NCBI RefSeq assembly: GCF_018977255.1
Contig: NW_024704742.1
Span: forward strand, 44,456,001-44,520,000
Origin: Callorhinchus milii
Taxonomy: Eukaryota
Direction of reading: 5' to 3'
Length of the DNA stretch: 64,000 nucleotides
Shown: positions 12,455 to 26,347 of the stretch, piece by piece
Layout of the letters: each line of letters begins with the position of its first letter
Position numbering within the stretch: position 1 is the first letter of the stretch
Position numbers and translations under genes: made by a program
The notes under the pieces: generated by a model
What the model saw: the letters and a program-made list of their open reading frames with translations, nothing else
Database searches by the model: none
Told to the model about the DNA's origin: nothing

Positions 12455-12712
12455 TTATCAGCCTCTCTGCCCCCACACTCTGGAACTTCATCCCACCGTC
12501 CCTTCGCCTTGCTTCCTCCCTCGCATCCTTCAAGGCCGGTCTCAAGACCCTTCTCTTCGACCGTGCCTTCGGGCTCCCTCCCATCTCTCTGCCTTCCCTC
12601 ACCCCTACACGACCCCTCCCCCATGCTCGGGCCCCAACAGCTGACTGTTCAGCGCTTTGGGATGTCCTCCTGATGTGAAAAGCGCTCTATAAATGTAATT
12701 TTGTTGTTTTTT
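12455..12712 (+). mobile_element. L2 3' end
   Basis: APTLWN-like motif; ends cagcgctttgggatgtcctcctgatgtgaaaagcgctctataaatgtaattttgttgtt. Confidence 0.88.
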
Positions 12713-13008
12713 TGGTCAGCCAGAACTCATCACCATTCTTAAGAGTATCCAATCCAAGCTGAGATTTCCATTCATCTCACCTACACATTTAAACCGCAGA
12801 GATATTGGAGTGTTGAAATAGAATGCGCAATCTCGCCCTAGAGGGACTCATCCCGTTTACCTAATTCTGGGAAGTATTAGGCGCAGGCTGGCAAGAACCA
12901 AGGCTTGTAGACCCCAAAGTGTGCGTTGGGGTACTGCTGGAGTCTAACCAGTTAAAACCGTACGGTTTCCCATTGATATTGCTGTCCGACAAACTTTCCC
13001 GCTGTTGA
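12708..13008 (-). repeat. Unclassified A-tailed dispersed repeat (family X), 3' part
   Basis: Aligns by eye to 40611-40866, 43171-43645, 55168-55313 and 59241-59775. Confidence 0.85.
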
Positions 13009-13050
13009 CACACACACAGATTCACACACAAGCACACACACACACACACA
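13008..13050. repeat. Imperfect (CA)n microsatellite
   Basis: acacacacacagattcacacacaagcacacacacacacacaca. Confidence 0.9.
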
Positions 13051-13084
13051 TCATTATCAAATGCAAGGATTATTATTTGTCGTC

Positions 13085-13322
13085 AAAACGCGGCAGCTAA
13101 TTGTGCACAGCAGCATCTCAAAAACAGTTGTAGATTGTGTAACCAATTCATTTTTGGAGGGATTATTACGCACATAAAGTGATCCTCCAATTGACTAACA
13201 ACTGAATTCATACTTATTGTTAGGTAAACAGAGGCATATGGAGTAAGGAGACTTGCCCTGCCCGGGAATCAAACCCGGGTCTTCTCGCTTGCGAGGCAAG
13301 TGCACTAACCACTGAGCTATGA
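13085..13322 (-). mobile_element. tRNA-Ala-headed SINE (long variant, diverged), abutting a plus-strand SINE tail at 13056-13078
   Basis: Head reverse complement atagctcagtggttagtgcacttgcctcgcaagcgag; retains the extra internal segment. Confidence 0.8.
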
Positions 13323-14244
13323 GAGTAAATCAGGACATAATTCTCTAACTTCAGTCTAACTAATAATTTATAGAAGTTAAGCATCATCATTTTGTTTTAT
13401 ACTCTAGTCACCTTTTTAGTACAAAAACGTATCCCAGTAGCTTTCATCAGGTCTTTGTTCATCTATCTTCCCACCTTTAAAGGTTTATGTATGTTAATCT
13501 CTGGATATCTGTGCTCTCTGCTCCATTTTAAAATGTTATCATTTGGCATATAATTGCATAGTCACCTTATCTGTCCTCCAAAAATGTTTAGTCTCTCACT
13601 TTTTAGCATATCTGTTACTTCTCATCTGGAAATGAGTTCAACCCTCAAATTCAACATTGTGAGTTAGTTGTGCTTCTTAATATCTGTTTAATAAGCGCCC
13701 ATCTTAATTCCAATTAAACCTAAATAAATAAACTGACTGGTTTTGCTAGAACTTGCTAGTTCAGCTGTAATATTGACTTGTATGAACAATTTGGTGGGAT
13801 GGAGTGAGCACCACCGATTTCCAATAGCAATTGTTTGCCCTGGGCAAGCAGAGATTGAAGTGTTGGGAAAGCTCCAAGGCATATTCAGGGAAATGCAGAT
13901 GAATGGAGAGTCCTGAAGCTGTACACCCATTGATACCTCCTGTGTCATCCTTCTACCTAAATGAGGATTTAAGGAGGTGGAGGATGATTCCTTTGATCCA
14001 AAGGTTGCACTTCACATATCTACATTGGGTTGTTGTACGCAAAAAGGCCATCAAAGAGCCATCAAACCTAAGCATGTATCTGCTCTAGCTGTTATGCTGT
14101 GTTGTGGGATATTTGTTCTCTTATATATTTACTGAATAGATAATGTTTTAATGTCAATATGCGTGCACTGCTTGTGAGATTGGTGACAGGACTGGAAAGT
14201 GTTGCTAATCCAATGATCACAATAATGGCCGACGAATCGCATAG

Positions 14245-14600
14245 ACTAAGCCATCTCTCCAATGCAGTGCTGAGGGTGTGTTGCATTCTCGGAGGTGCCT
14301 TCCTTCAAATGAGATGACCGAGGTCTCGTCTGCCTGTTAAGGTAGAAGTTAAAAATCCTATTGCACTGTTGGAAAAGAGAAGGCAGTTTCTCCTGGTGTC
14401 CTGGCCAACAATTCCCCAAATAAAATTTGTCACTTACCCATGGTCGTTTGTGGGACATTGCTGTGTGGAAACTGGCTACCATATCTCCCCCACAAAAGGC
14501 AATCCACTTTAAACTTTACAGTATGTTCCGTGAAGTACTTTGAGACTCAACAAAGTGATAAGGCACTACATCAACTGCAAGGATTATTACTATTATTGTA
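14245..14600 (+). mobile_element. Old Deu-type SINE
   Basis: tgcagtgctgagggtgtgttgcattctcggaggtgcc...tttgtgggacattgctgtgtggaaactggctacc...tgcaaggattatta. Confidence 0.8.
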
Positions 14601-15829
14601 ATAAAAAATGCTGCATTGCAATGGTTCCATAGGAAGCCATTTGTTGAATGTTGTGTACTGTGCACTTTCCACAGAATACGGCTGCACTTTACTTCCAGCA
14701 GATAAAAAGTCTGCCCAAACTCCTCTAACTCTTCCATGCAATTTCGACCACACCCCTCCCCCCAAGCGTTGTATCAAGGATAGATGTAGTTAGTCTCAGT
14801 TCAGGTTGAGAAATTTAGTGAAGTTGAGGCTTGATAATGTAAAAACATATGCCTAAATGAAATGACTTATAGAAAATGATAATCTTCCCAATACCTTAGG
14901 GTTGGTATAATGTAAAGGCCTGTTTTTAAGCATGAGGTGAAAATTCCTAATGACAATAAGTGCAGTGATTTGGATGATGCGTGCTCATATGGTCTTAATA
15001 CCTGTCAATCTGAAAGCATGTTTGAAAATTAAAATCAAAATCATCAGGATTTTTTCCCTTATTGCCAGTTAATTTGTGAAGTTCTCTGTTTAAACAATCA
15101 GCTTTTTTTTCACAATGGTTTCAGTGCGAAAGGTGAAGCAAAAGACTAAAACACACATTTGTTTCCTGCATAAGATTCTTGCTTATTAATTATCTTGATA
15201 GTAAAACCAAATAATCCAATTTGATGGCACCTCAGAGGATTTAGAGGATTAGCTCCAATGATTGCTTTCACAGGAGGAGCAAATTGGAGGAGGTTATTAA
15301 CCGTAACTATAAAAGAACAAACATACCTATAGCATTGCAAATGATGATGGCCAAAGATATTTACCCGAGTGTGTAACAAAACAATTTGAAATTACTGTAA
15401 CTACGACTTTAAAAAAATTACGCAAATTGGAATTGCTCTTGACCTGCACAGTAATTAAGTTACACACTAAAGTGAGGTTCAGGCATCATGGTGGATTTTC
15501 CTAAACAAATTTTCAGCTAATTAGTTTCTTTAGTCAGAACCACCAATGATAATTGTCATTAATCCAAACTCACGAAAAAATACCCATCTCAAGATCCATT
15601 CTCAATTATCTACAACTAGTCTTGACCGAGAAGCATCTCCTGCGCGCAAATTAAATCCCAATGAATAAGATTAATAATACCACTTAATCTATGATATGTA
15701 CATTTTCTGAACCATTCTTTATCTTAAATATTCACATATTCCTATTAGTATTTTCTCTGATTTTCTGTTAAATGTGTGTATATATATACATCATGACAGT
15801 TTAATAAAGATGTTTAGATTAAAAATTAA

Positions 15830-16100
15830 ACCCAGAGAAGTGTTTTAGGATGCAACAAGGTAGTAGAACAAGAGGACAGAGGTGTAGAGATGCACAGGGC
15901 AATTTGAGGACAGAAACCATGAAGTCTTTCTTTATCCAGAAGGGTATTGATGACTGGAACAGATTGACAGGAATGATGGTTCAGGCCAGGACACTGCTTT
16001 TATTTTAAAAACAGTTTGAGGCTGTGATGGGAAAACTGGTGATGGGTAGTCCAAAGGCTTTTCTTCATCCGAACCGACTTGCGATCTTGTGATTAACTTT
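15830..16100 (+). mobile_element. Degraded CR1 3' fragment
   Basis: KSFFIQKGIDDWNRL-like segment and a CR1-like 3' end. Confidence 0.5.
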
Positions 16101-17759
16101 GCTAATTTCATATTAATTCTGGTTTAATATACTGGATCATCACTAGATCATCTCCTGCTCTCCCTTTCCATCTCTCTCCATGTGCTGGTTCCAACTTTCA
16201 TACCTGCATTGCTCTGATTGGTATGTTTGGCTTTATCATTGTAGCATTTAGAAATTATGATATTATTTTGGGTTTAATTGTTATTTTTTATGAGCCAAAT
16301 TCGCTGAACAGCAGCAAAATTCAGACACTCCACAACCCAGAAAATGTTTCTTTTCTCTTTTGACATCGAGGTTGAAAGAGGTAGTCAATGTTCGGGCACT
16401 TTATGTGGGCTGCATTGAGCAGCCACAAACCCATTGTATCAGAGGAGCTGGAAAATAGCTCCTTACACTGTATAGCCAGTACTAACACCTGAAATCCGAA
16501 TTGACCTAAAACCCTAAAAAGTGTATATATCCCATGATGGAGTAGAAGGCTCACACCTGTTGTGTTTGTATAGCCCTTTTCTTGACAATAAGGATGGCCC
16601 CAAACAAGAATTTCCTTTGCCCCATTAAGACTGTATAACTAAGGGGGCAGTCAATGTGAAAGTGCACTACTAGTTACGTAATAATGGGTGCCCTGGGTAC
16701 AGTATATAATTCCAGTGCCATTACCCAAATTAAAAGGTGTGCAATGCTCATCATGATGTTTCAATTGTATTGATGTGCAGATAATTCTATTTGGAAATGA
16801 AATCTTATGTAAGCACAGTATGCAAATCTTTCTCACATCAAATATTTCCTTGTGATGTAATTCAAAGAATTTTTTTTATTTTTCTTTCCATGATGGCTGA
16901 TGCATTTCTTCTTCTGATGGTGTATTAAATTGACCTCAGTAATGTACAATTGAGAAGTTAAATGTCTATAGCAGCAGTCAACATCTCATCAACTTAATTA
17001 CAACTACACTGACAGAGGCTGAATATATCCACTTAAACTCTAATTAGTTTTTGGTTGTAATGTCTATCCTTCTAGGCATAGTTTAAACTTTTCAATGTAA
17101 GTGGCAGATCTTTTTCCAGTGAATGACACACTGACAGGGGTCCATTAGTAATATGCTGTCCTAGCATATTACCAACCCATTTCTTACTGACATAGTATTG
17201 TCCCAAAGGCCACAGTTCTAACATTAGTATCATTGTAAAAACCTGACAACTAGCAGCTCAATAGCTTCAAAAGGCTGGTCACCAGAGTAATGGTCTCGAG
17301 TTGCCTTAAAGATTTTTCCTACTATGGTGTTGGTTATGCCCACATCTCAATAATCTTAATCTCCCAAAACATATTTATCACTTTATCTCCTTGAGGCATA
17401 TATACAATTGACTGTAAATTTTATTTCACTCACAAAATATAATATATTCTGTGAAGCGCTTTGAGATGTTTTGAAGATGTGATAAGGCACTATATCAAAC
17501 GCAAGGATTATTATTATTATTGTACTCTGTACGGTTTGCAATATACATTACTTCATAATATGAGTTTATGTTTCAGATACCAGATCCATTTCTAAAATAC
17601 TCTGTAAGGGAGCCATGCAAACAATATATTGCAGAGTTTTGCAAATTTTCTTTAAAATGCAGTGGCTGCATATTTGAGGTTGCACGCTGGAGCCGATTTG
17701 TTCAGAGTATTGTTCAATAAACAGCTATGAAGTGAGTGAATGATCAATATTATCTTGAG

Positions 17760-18010
17760 AATTATAGGCCAGATCTCCACCAGAAGCAGCCTTCTCTGTT
17801 TGATTAATGACATGCAATCTTTAACATCCAATTGAACAGGCTGATAGAATGTTAGTTTAATGTTTCACCTGAAGAATGGCTGGACAGCACTTCCCCAGCA
17901 AATGATTTGAGTCTCGTTTCTGGACTATGAGCTCAAAGTCCCAATGTGGAGCTTGAACCCACAATCTTCTGACCCAGAGGCGAAAATCCTGTTAACTGAA
18001 CCAGACTAAC
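17760..18010 (-). mobile_element. Old Deu-type SINE, degraded
   Basis: Reverse complement has gcctctgggtcagaagattgtgggttcaagctccac head and cctgttcaattggatgttaaaga body. Confidence 0.6.
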
Positions 18011-18684
18011 TCTTTTCTTAATACATAATATTTATACTTTCCTCCTTCATATATCAATCATTTGATTATTTTAAAGATATCTCCATGCTATTGTTTTTGT
18101 ACCAACCTATTGTATCAGTGTTCATTATTCAACCTGTTTTCAGCATATGAATAACCTCAGCTACGGTCTGAATTTTCAAACTCTCAAATTCTCAAAACTC
18201 AATTATACAGGTTCCCATTTGCCATTGATAGATGTTCAGTCTCATTCTTCCCTCATTTCAACACTGATGACTATTGGCAAGGTTAACCTACCTTAGTCAG
18301 CTGATGATCAAACTTCTACATCAATAATCTAATACACAAGAGAATGTGTTCAGCAAGACTAATAATGCTCATATAGCAATTACACTGTATTGCAACACCT
18401 TTCCAGTTTAACTGTACCATAGATACTTGCATCCATTATGAAGAATGGTATGTTAATCATTCCTGTAAATTATAATTTGGTTATTTGAATTCCTTCTCTT
18501 GTGAAAACCATACATACTTTGGCATTACAATTAATTGCTAATCATGGTTAAGCTCCGTCAAATAAATATAATTCACAAGTTGTTTTAACATGAAGTCTCA
18601 ATACATGCAGCACTTCCCCAACACAATATTTCAGCCTAGACTGAGTTCAAAGTCCTGATGTAGGGCTTAAGCCCACAACACCTG

Positions 18685-18930
18685 ACACAACAACAATTTG
18701 CACGTATATAGCGCCCTCCACACAGGGTAGCATCTCAAAGTGCTTAAAAGTGGCAGAACCTTACTCCGAGCCCAGGGGGAGTGGGGGTTGGAGGAGGGGT
18801 GGCAGTGGGAGGGTGGTTGACCATAAGTATGGTAGAAGAGGAAGGTTTTCCGGTAGGACTTGAAAAAGGGGAGAGAGGAAGCAAGGCGGAGGGATTGACT
18901 TGGAGGCAAGAGCCCTAGCAAATGATCCAG
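18685..18930 (-). mobile_element. L2 3' fragment
   Basis: acaacaacaatttgcacgtatatagcgccctcc tail; SLPFFKSYRKTFLF in the ORF track. Confidence 0.8.
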
Positions 18931-20099
18931 GCTGACACATAGAGCCAGGTGGACACACTTGAACAATAAATGCATTGAAGACTATTGGGAAAGAACAAGG
19001 AAACAGAATTACTGTATCAACCTTGATTGGGCAATCATCATGGAAGATTGGTTTACTTCCATGTTGAAATTTCAATGATTTGTTTTTACTCACAGAGGCT
19101 CTGGTGTATTGTTAATCTCTTTCCTGCAGGGATAGTCTCGTCAGTTTTTGTACATGGCAGATGAGTCAACGTTACAAAATACTGAATTCTTCATTCATTC
19201 TTGATTGTTTTTTAATAGATTTGGCCTTGTGTTTGACTCCAACATGGCCCAGTAATGGATATTTGCTATTGCTACTCTTTGATGTATCCTGTCAAGTCTG
19301 CACACACCTTCAAGCAGGCTTAAAGTATCATTAGTTTAAGGTCATTTTATAAGAGTTTGTTTTGTACATGAGTGTAACTTCTGGGCATTTCAAAATTGAT
19401 GGAAAATGTTGAAATAGCAGTGACAGTAAGTGTCCCCCGAAGCGAACATGTCAAAATTTTACTCTTCCCTACTTTTCATCAATCATTAACCTTGTCCAAA
19501 AATCAACGGAAGATTGCGATAGGATTGGTGGCACTCTGTAAAGTTTGTATCTGGAGATAATTCATTGTCCATTGCTGTTAAATAAATATGCATCAGTTTG
19601 AATCAACTCCAGAGTCGCATTCCATTCAATTATTTTTTCTTGAATTCCAATGGACAGAATTCATGAATTGGGTGCAATTTGTTTTCAGTTAGCACATCTA
19701 CATGTGCTAAATGCACATCAATATAGAGTGTGTGGACAGTCATGGCAGCGGAATTGAAAGGACAGCTTAGTTTCAGAGAGCTAATGCAAACTCAATGGGC
19801 CGAATGGTCTCTTGCTGCGCTGTCAATATCTATGGTTCCACTATTCTATCTGCATCCCCTCCATTCTCACCAACATTCACTATTCTAAGTAAACAAACCC
19901 AACCTATTTGCTCTGAATGTAAAATTGAATTACTTCTATGTGATTGAAAATGGGTAGCCCTGAGCTAATAACCCAAATTGCATTTTAGACCCCATTGTGT
20001 ATATGGTCACCTGAGCATGCAGTAGGTTAACTTTGTTTCCCACCCCACCCACACACTTTTTTAAAAAAGCTTTGTATTGTATTTACAGAACAAATGTAT

Positions 20100-20345
20100 G
20101 TTGCATTGTTGGAGGTGCAGGCCTTCAAATGAATATTAAACTAAGGTTCTTTCTGTCCGTTCAGGTGCATGTTCAACATCCATGATACTATGTGAAAAGA
20201 GAACAGAGTTTCTCCTGGGGTCCTGACCAACAATCCCCCAAATAAAATTGGTCACTTACTCCATGGCTGTTTGCAAGAAATCAGAGCATGCAATTGGTAG
20301 CTGTGTTTCACCATATCAAATGCAAGGATTATTATTGTATTATTA
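20100..20345 (+). mobile_element. Old Deu-type SINE, partial
   Basis: ggaggtgc...attaaactaagg...gtcctgaccaacaatccccc...tgcaaggattatt. Confidence 0.7.
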
Positions 20346-20879
20346 CAGTACATCGAAAGGAATCAGACCTAAGCTAAGTCCTGTTAAAGCCTTTTGAAGG
20401 GTGGAAAGATCTGGAAAAACAGGAATCAGGAAGAAAAAATTACAACAGTATATTTTTCACTGGCATCATTTTTTTGTTTGTTTTTGATGATACAGCTCTG
20501 AAGTATAAGTGGAGCAGCTTCATCCATGATAGGGAGAAACTCTGAATGCTCAGAGGTATATGCCAGCGTAGTCTTATGGCATAAACAATATAGTGGATGC
20601 ATGCACCTAATTCAAATGTATTATCCATTCATGGCCTAATTTTAACTAAAGAAAACTGCAAAATCAGAAATCGAATGGTGATTTTTTGATCAGAACTGAA
20701 TTTATTTTCCTTATTGATGCTGGTTTCTAATGAAAATTTAGCTTTGTGCTCTCACCATGGCACTATAGCTGAGAGCAGGCACCGAGTAGCATGGTAGACT
20801 AAATCCTTGTCTCCCCTTCCCAATCTTTACTGTTTCAACATCATTTTTCTCCAATTTCTCTCCTCCCCTCTATCTGCAC

Positions 20880-21115
20880 TCTGCTCAATTAATAGCACTC
20901 TTGCCTTTGAGTCAGAAGTAATAGATTCAAGCCCCAGTGAGACATTGAACTCATATAGACTATGGATGTGCCGTCCTTCAGGTAAGGTGTCAAACTAAGA
21001 TCCCATTGCCTATTCAGGCAGAAACTAAAGATCTCATTGCAAAATCAGAAAAGAGAAGGAAGTTTCTCCCACTGTTCCAAGGCTATCTGGAGATATTGCT
21101 GTGTGATATTATTAT
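20880..21115 (+). mobile_element. Old Deu-type SINE, internally deleted
   Basis: gctcaattaatagcactcttgcctttgagtcagaag head and body motifs. Confidence 0.65.
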
Positions 21116-23234
21116 TATCTGTGTCCACTGACTCCAACACAGTGCAAAGGCTGAGTTTCTGTATGGCCATGTGACGTGAATACATTAATAGGGCCTCTCA
21201 ATCCTTGTGATGTGGGTGTGTTGATGGCTGGAATTCTCCCCCCCACCCTCCTCCCCACTCTAAGTCAGTGGGGAGAACTCCATCTCTGATGCCTTGCTCA
21301 ATGTACTGCATTTACTTTTTATCTGTCAGTTTTTATAAGGGAAAATTCAGCTTACGGTCTGTGGGAAACCCCTTTCTAGCATCATTTAGATTCCTTGGCA
21401 AAATGTTTATGTTTTTGTCAGAATTTAACCTTGTTTTACTGCGTATGGCTGGAGTCCTTTGGAAAATAGTAAAGCTGAAATTGTGCAGAATCCTTGGAGA
21501 AGCTGATGCTGAACACACTTGTTTGTGACCTTGCTGAGCATGCAGTCTGCTCTGCTGTTGTGAAAGTCTATGCTTTATAACAGTATGTAGTTTCAAAAAA
21601 ATTAAGTGAAACATATGCTTATTAATAGGTAGATGAATTCAGCCCAATATACCCGACTAATACCATGGTGTGTGTTGGATCCTCATTTGAGTGCTCTATA
21701 TTCTTGTTTCCAACGAGATGCTGGAGTTTAACCTTAAGTGGAGCTGAATGTGTCATGCAATAGTATTTACTGTTGTTTCAGTGCCCTTTAGAAATGTTGT
21801 AAATGTTGTAATTGATTTTGTAATGGTCCTTTCTCTTTACATGTGTTACGTTTTTCTATTACAGCTTCACACTTTTATGGCAAAATGTGATTACTACGAT
21901 TTACAGACTGTTGTAGGAAATCTTATTAGCTAAACAAGTGATCTATGCGCAATGCTCGGATTTGTATTTACTATGGTCAAACAATAATGTCAATTTTGAA
22001 GACATATTGTACTGTAGAAGAGGATGAAGGGTTAACGTGCACCAAGATGCCAGGGTGAGAGTCTAACTGTCCTTTCAATAAATCTTTAATAAATCACTGA
22101 GCAAACCAGGCTTCTGTGATAAAGTCATCACCTGCAAATCTCTTCCTGTCAGTTGCATGCATGAATGATTGCTGATGGATATTTAATGCAATCATGCAGA
22201 AAACTTCTAATTTGTAACAAAGACCATCTCGCACTTGCAAATGATGTATCTTACAGGAAGTAACTACATGCAAATTTTGCACAGAGATTAGTGAGATGGT
22301 GTCTCTTTTTTATGAGCCTCCACAGAGAATATTTATAGTAACTCACAATGCCAGACCTATGGATTTGTCCACTTGCACATTTTATTGAAATACAACCTGA
22401 GGAGAAGAAAGAAATGTAAAGTCTTGTGACTTTACAATGGCTTGTATATGGCTTAATTGGAATAATGCTGGAACAGTGTAACATTGTAATACTAATTTGG
22501 CTTTTTTGTGTAAAACATTTTTTTAAATATTTAACTCGTAATGTAAAATAAAGCAAGTTTTTTGGCTTTGTTCATGCAATCTTACTGTGGAAATGTTTCT
22601 TTTGACAGTAGGTTGGAAAATTGATTCCACATGTCCCACGCACCTGTATATGTACCTTAGCATACTACCCTTGTCAGTCTGGTTAGTGCAAATTTCTAGA
22701 GCCTGAGGATGCTGTAAGAGAGATGAAAACGGGGGTGGGGGGAAGGTGGGAGGGAGAAACATCTCTGAGCTGCTGTCATGCAGCTCCTGGCAATCAGGCG
22801 GAATGACGTTGTCAAATGCTGAGAACAGACTGCCAATGTGCTTTCTTGGCTGCAGGCACTACATAGCTTGCTGCTTGGGAAAATTAAGCGATTTCATAGA
22901 CTCACACCAAAAACTCACACCAAAATAATTATAGTTCAAAATGTTTGCCATGAAGGCAATACATAATTAGGCAGCCATTTCTACTTTTACAAATGTCAGT
23001 GTTGAGTATTTTAAATTATCAAGAAGATGAGTAGCTATAGCACGACTGGATTTGAACCACAAGCACAGAATTAGAAGACACAAGAATAAAATGAGCAAAC
23101 CTTAAGTAAGACTAGCAAATTAAAAGATTTTTTTTCCTCCGACAAAGGGAGTCTGTGGACCGTACTAATCGAGAAGTAGAAACTGAAGTCAAATTCTGAA
23201 CTCTTAACAGAATCTATCCATCATAAACATGTAA

Positions 23235-23355
23235 AACTATAGAACCACAGAAATTTACGCACACAAGGCCGTTCGGCCCATTTGTGTCTGTATTGCCTCC
23301 CTCAAGAGCAATCCTTTCAGTTCCATTTACTTGCCTTTTCCCCATACCCCTGTAG
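23235..23355 (-). mobile_element. CR1 3' terminus
   Basis: atagaaccacagaaatttacgcacacaaggccgttcggcccat...ttttccccatacccctg is the reverse complement of a CR1-type 3' end. Confidence 0.6.
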
Positions 23356-23464
23356 CTGACTCATAGAATTCCTTAACAATAATGTTTGATCAATATGAAA
23401 AGAATGGTATCTGTCATAAGCTCTTTAAAGATCCCTTTATATTGAAGTTCTTTTTCTTTCAAAT

Positions 23465-23920
23465 AAACAACAACCAATAACAACAAATTTCATTTCTATT
23501 TGATCGTCAGGCGGATGTCCCAAGTCCCTGGACAATGAGGAGTTTGCACCTGAGCTGCAGGTTGGGATCAGAGAGAGGTGGAGGGCCAGGGGGTGGAGGA
23601 AGGAAGATGACCAAATGCACGATTAAAAAGGAAGATCCTGAGGTGGGCCTTGAAAGAGGCAAGAGAGGAGGTGAGGAAGAGGGGCTCAGGGATAGAGTTC
23701 CAGAGGTTGGGGGCAGAAAGGCTGAAGGCCTGACTGCCGATAGTAGAGCAGGCAGGGCGGGGGACGTGGAGCAGCCCAGTGCCTGCAGAGTGGAGGGAAC
23801 AGATTGGTTGGTGAAGTTTTAAAAGGTCATTGAGGTGAACAACAATAGTTTCTATTTATATAAAGGACCTGTACACCAGGGTAGTGTCTTGGAGCACTGA
23901 ACAATGATGGAGTTTGACCC
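23465..23920 (-). mobile_element. L2 3' fragment plus a second short L2 tail
   Basis: caacaacaaatttcattt tail and L2 C-terminal sequence similar to 12455-12712. Confidence 0.75.
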
Positions 23921-25779
23921 CTCTTTGTTCAGTGAATAAAAAATTATAATATAGAATGAAGGCAGCAGAATAATAACCTGTACTAAATCTTTTTTAAATT
24001 GTCTTTTCACACCCTTCAGAAATTCTGGCACAGATCATGCATTGATCCTCTTCCATGTGATGTTGAACGGAGTGCTACAAATCTAAAAGCAGCTGTAATG
24101 TTGTTAAAGAAACACATAATAAAACAACTATCCTGTTTTTGTTGACATTTCTCCTTCCTGTTGCTAATATAATCCAAAATGTTTAGATTTATTGTAGGTG
24201 AGACTTGGAACATACTCTTTCTGATTCATTTTTTATCAGTTCTGCATAAGCTGGCCTTTTATTTTCTTTATTTCTAAGTGTTGAAGTCTGTGAACTCGGA
24301 TCACTGCAGTATTGCCTCTGCACCATCTCTTTGGCTTCTGACATGATCTGAATTCAGGAAGGCAGCTAAATTCAATTAAGCAAACACCCAGAGCCCTGTA
24401 ATAAGCTGCTGACCTTTGCCAGATTCTTGTTTTTAGCTAGGTTTTGAATATTCTACAGCAGTAACGTATTCTGTATGAACATAATCATCCAACGGGCACT
24501 AGCCACCTTTGTTTTAAACTGCTCTGGCTTTTCCCATCATCAGTCAGGGCTCAACAGCTTAGCTGAGACTAAGCAAAAATGAGTGCTTTGTTTGTAAATC
24601 TTTTCAATATAAAAGTAGATCAGGAAGATTTTTTTTAACCAAATGACATATAGTTTTCTCCAGTTCAATCGGTGTAAATTAATCAGGATTGGGAGGTTGT
24701 GGATTAGGAATATTTAAAAGAGACTGTCGAACAAATTTGCACACAAACATCATTGAGTAAATGGAGCCATTTAACCTGAGCTCCTAATTTACTGAACATG
24801 TCCTAAAAATATTCTAACTAAGGTCATGTCAATGAGTGGCAATGCTGTCAAGTGCCTGAACATCATTGTTTGATTTCACAGAGGCTCACACATCACCTGC
24901 AGGCACATCACATTATGACAACCAGATGACAGCTCGCTACACAATTCATACCAAGTACATTCCAACCAACCCTGCTTTATTAAAATACCTGCATTAGCCA
25001 GCAGAGAGCACCATACCCTTTGTATAGGAACCACGCTTCCTCCAGCGACCATTAAATACCGAATGCAAAAATCACATACGTGCATTAATGTGTATCAAAC
25101 TGCAATCAAACCTTTTGGAAATTCCACAAAGGGAGTGTTTATTTAATTTAGATAAAGATTGTTGAAACCATATAGTTATGTGATATGCACAAAATTCTGA
25201 GACCTTTGAAAGATACCAAGATTTTGCTTTGATCTCTAGTCCTTCCTCTCTCTTTTGTTTTTAAGTCTAATGCAAACACCTGTTCAAGCAGTAAGAGGTG
25301 TTTGTCTGTGGCAGGTTCTCCTGCTGGGTTATAATATGACGGTGGATGTAATTATCAGCAGGGTGTGAGGTATGTTGTCTCAATGTCTGAAGTGTAACTG
25401 CTCAGTGTCTGAAACAGATGCTGCATAATCCATCGGGTGATTTCATTGTGACTTTGAAGCATTGATAGCGAGGATCCTAAATGATCACGTAATCACTTTA
25501 TTTTTGGACAGAGTCGCTTATAATTTTGCAATTAAGGTGGGTTAACAACCAAGAGCATTCTGAAACAACTGTCATGTGCAGATAACCCATGAATGGTCCC
25601 TTGGAGTACTGTAAGGCTGAGGCAACAACAGATTATTAGTCTAATGCACATTCCATCAACCCTGGTTCAGCAGGTGATCAATGAGAATGCAAGTGACATG
25701 TAATAATACCATTGTCACAGTCCACCGATGCACAATTAAAATCATGTTAGTTTTATTCTGCACAGAATCTTAGATTAAC

Positions 25780-25930
25780 TGTTTACTTTTAAAAGAGAAT
25801 TGGATAAACGTTTATACAAAGAACAATGCGAAGCTTATCGGGAAAGAGCAGGGATTAGAATACTTAACTGTAGTGGAAAACTAACACCAGCATAGGCTAA
25901 AAGACTTCTTTCCATGTTACAATTTCTATG
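25780..25930 (+). mobile_element. CR1 3' fragment
   Basis: ttttaaaagagaattggataaac...gggaaagagcaggg...ccagcataggctaaaagacttctttccatgttacaatttctatg. Confidence 0.55.
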
Positions 25931-26347
25931 AAAATGTTACTAAGACCAATTGATTGGAAAAGAGCAGACACATTTGGTGATGATTTAACGTTAACAATGT
26001 TGTAGGAACCAATGACAATGCATTCCCACTGATATGCAGTTTACACTCATAGTTGTTCACATATTAAATCAACTCCATAGTATATTCTGCCGCTGTTGTT
26101 TGTGACAAAGTACATTGGAGAACTTAAGAGATTCAGGATTCCTCAGTGGTTAGCATCATTCTTTCCATGGTGTTGAAAGATATAGCAATCCTGAATCACC
26201 TTGCAGTGACCTCCCTTCAGTCTCCCTCCAGGAACTCATTGAGAATCAGCTAGTTCTATGTCTCAAACCATCCAGCAGGTAATGGATGCTCTTCTCATAA
26301 GTATCAAATGAGTCATTCCTTCCTGCTGGGTCCCAGAAAGACAAGAA

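Noticed and set aside
25319..25363. Hairpin tcctgctgg...tcagcaggg as a pre-miRNA, or a 55-nt exon between cag and gtatgt
   Set aside because: The stem is too short and interrupted, there is no recognised mature miRNA, and all three frames of the putative exon contain stops.
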